Shown one piece after another: positions 19,385 to 20,020 of a stretch of DNA of 20,020 bases. The stretch comes from Paramoeba atlantica (lineage: Eukaryota > Protista > Discosea). Where the stretch lies: positions 1 through 20,020 of the forward strand of contig CDRNVI010000219.1 in NCBI GenBank assembly GCA_977017575.1. Reading direction: 5' to 3'. The translations under genes were made by a program, and so were the position numbers. The notes beneath the pieces were generated by a model that saw nothing but the letters and a program-made list of their open reading frames with translations, was not told where the DNA came from and did not search any database. Position 1 is the stretch's first letter. Each line of letters opens with the position of its first letter.

Positions 19385-20020
19385 CTGATTGAATTTATCC
19401 CTGTGTTGATTTTATTGAAGAAATAATTGATTCCATCTTCTTATTTTTCTTGTAACAATATCATTTTGAATTTGTTATTCTTGAATTGATGCCTCAGGAT
19501 GATTTTTCTTGTTCTTTTGTTTTTAGTTGATGATGGAAATTTTCCTGATTTCCTTTTTTGCTTTGAAATTATCAAATTTATACCTTCCTCTTACCTTTTG
19601 TGATTTTGATTCTGGACTTTATTTTCACTTGGATTCCTCTCTTGGATACTCCTACTTGAATTTTGAAACCCATTTTGGTGTTGGAAGGGTATTCTATGAA
19701 AAAATTGTATTTGTGTCATTTCAGATGTACCACCTCTGAAGCTGTTTTGATTTTAATTACTGTACTTTCCCTCAAGTTTTGACCTCTCTAATTTGATTTG
19801 TTTGTTTTGAAGTTGATTCAATTGCTGATGCTTCTTTCTTATCATTGATATTCTCTGTTCTAAGTTTCTTTTTTTTTTGAGAAATCTTGATTTGCTTTTC
19901 CTTCTGTTATAATCTTATGTTTTTGTTTATTCTCTGGTAATGATGCTGATTCTTGAATTTGATTTGTAATGGTTTTATTTTCAGTAAGTTCCATTGAGCA
20001 TCTTGCACCATTTACATTTT
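19385..20020 (-). repeat. Inverted copy of module L (10656-11291), running off the window end
   Basis: Colinear reverse-complement alignment over about 635 bp. Confidence 0.93.

Overview
This is AT-rich, eukaryotic-looking DNA made entirely of repeats; I found no ordinary host gene. (1) 1-1666 is a homogeneous tandem satellite with a 382-bp unit built from two related monomers of 195 and 187 bp. (2) 3399-9378 is an intact, very young Ty1/copia LTR retrotransposon with 401-bp LTRs that look identical, a GGAAA target-site duplication (TSD) and a single 1679-aa gag-pol ORF. It lacks a canonical TGG primer-binding site (PBS). The bases after the 5' LTR are instead complementary to the anticodon arm of tRNA-Lys(CUU), suggesting half-tRNA priming. 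Its RT carries non-canonical motifs (AVDD for YVDD, LYGVPV for LYGLKQ). (3) The rest is a nested transposon graveyard. A decayed + strand LINE has ORF2 (APE-RT-CCHC-RNase H) reconstructable from 14927 to about 19121. It is interrupted by, or preceded by, four tRNA-derived SINE-like copies from two families sharing a core motif, a CAC-ended MITE and a younger 5'-truncated minus-strand LINE of the same RNase-H-bearing type. Most insertions have readable TSDs. By eye the old repeats contain essentially no CpG and paired copies differ almost only by C>T/G>A changes, including outside CpG, which points to a strong deamination-based (RIP-like) genome defence. All alignments and counts were done by eye; nothing was searched against databases.
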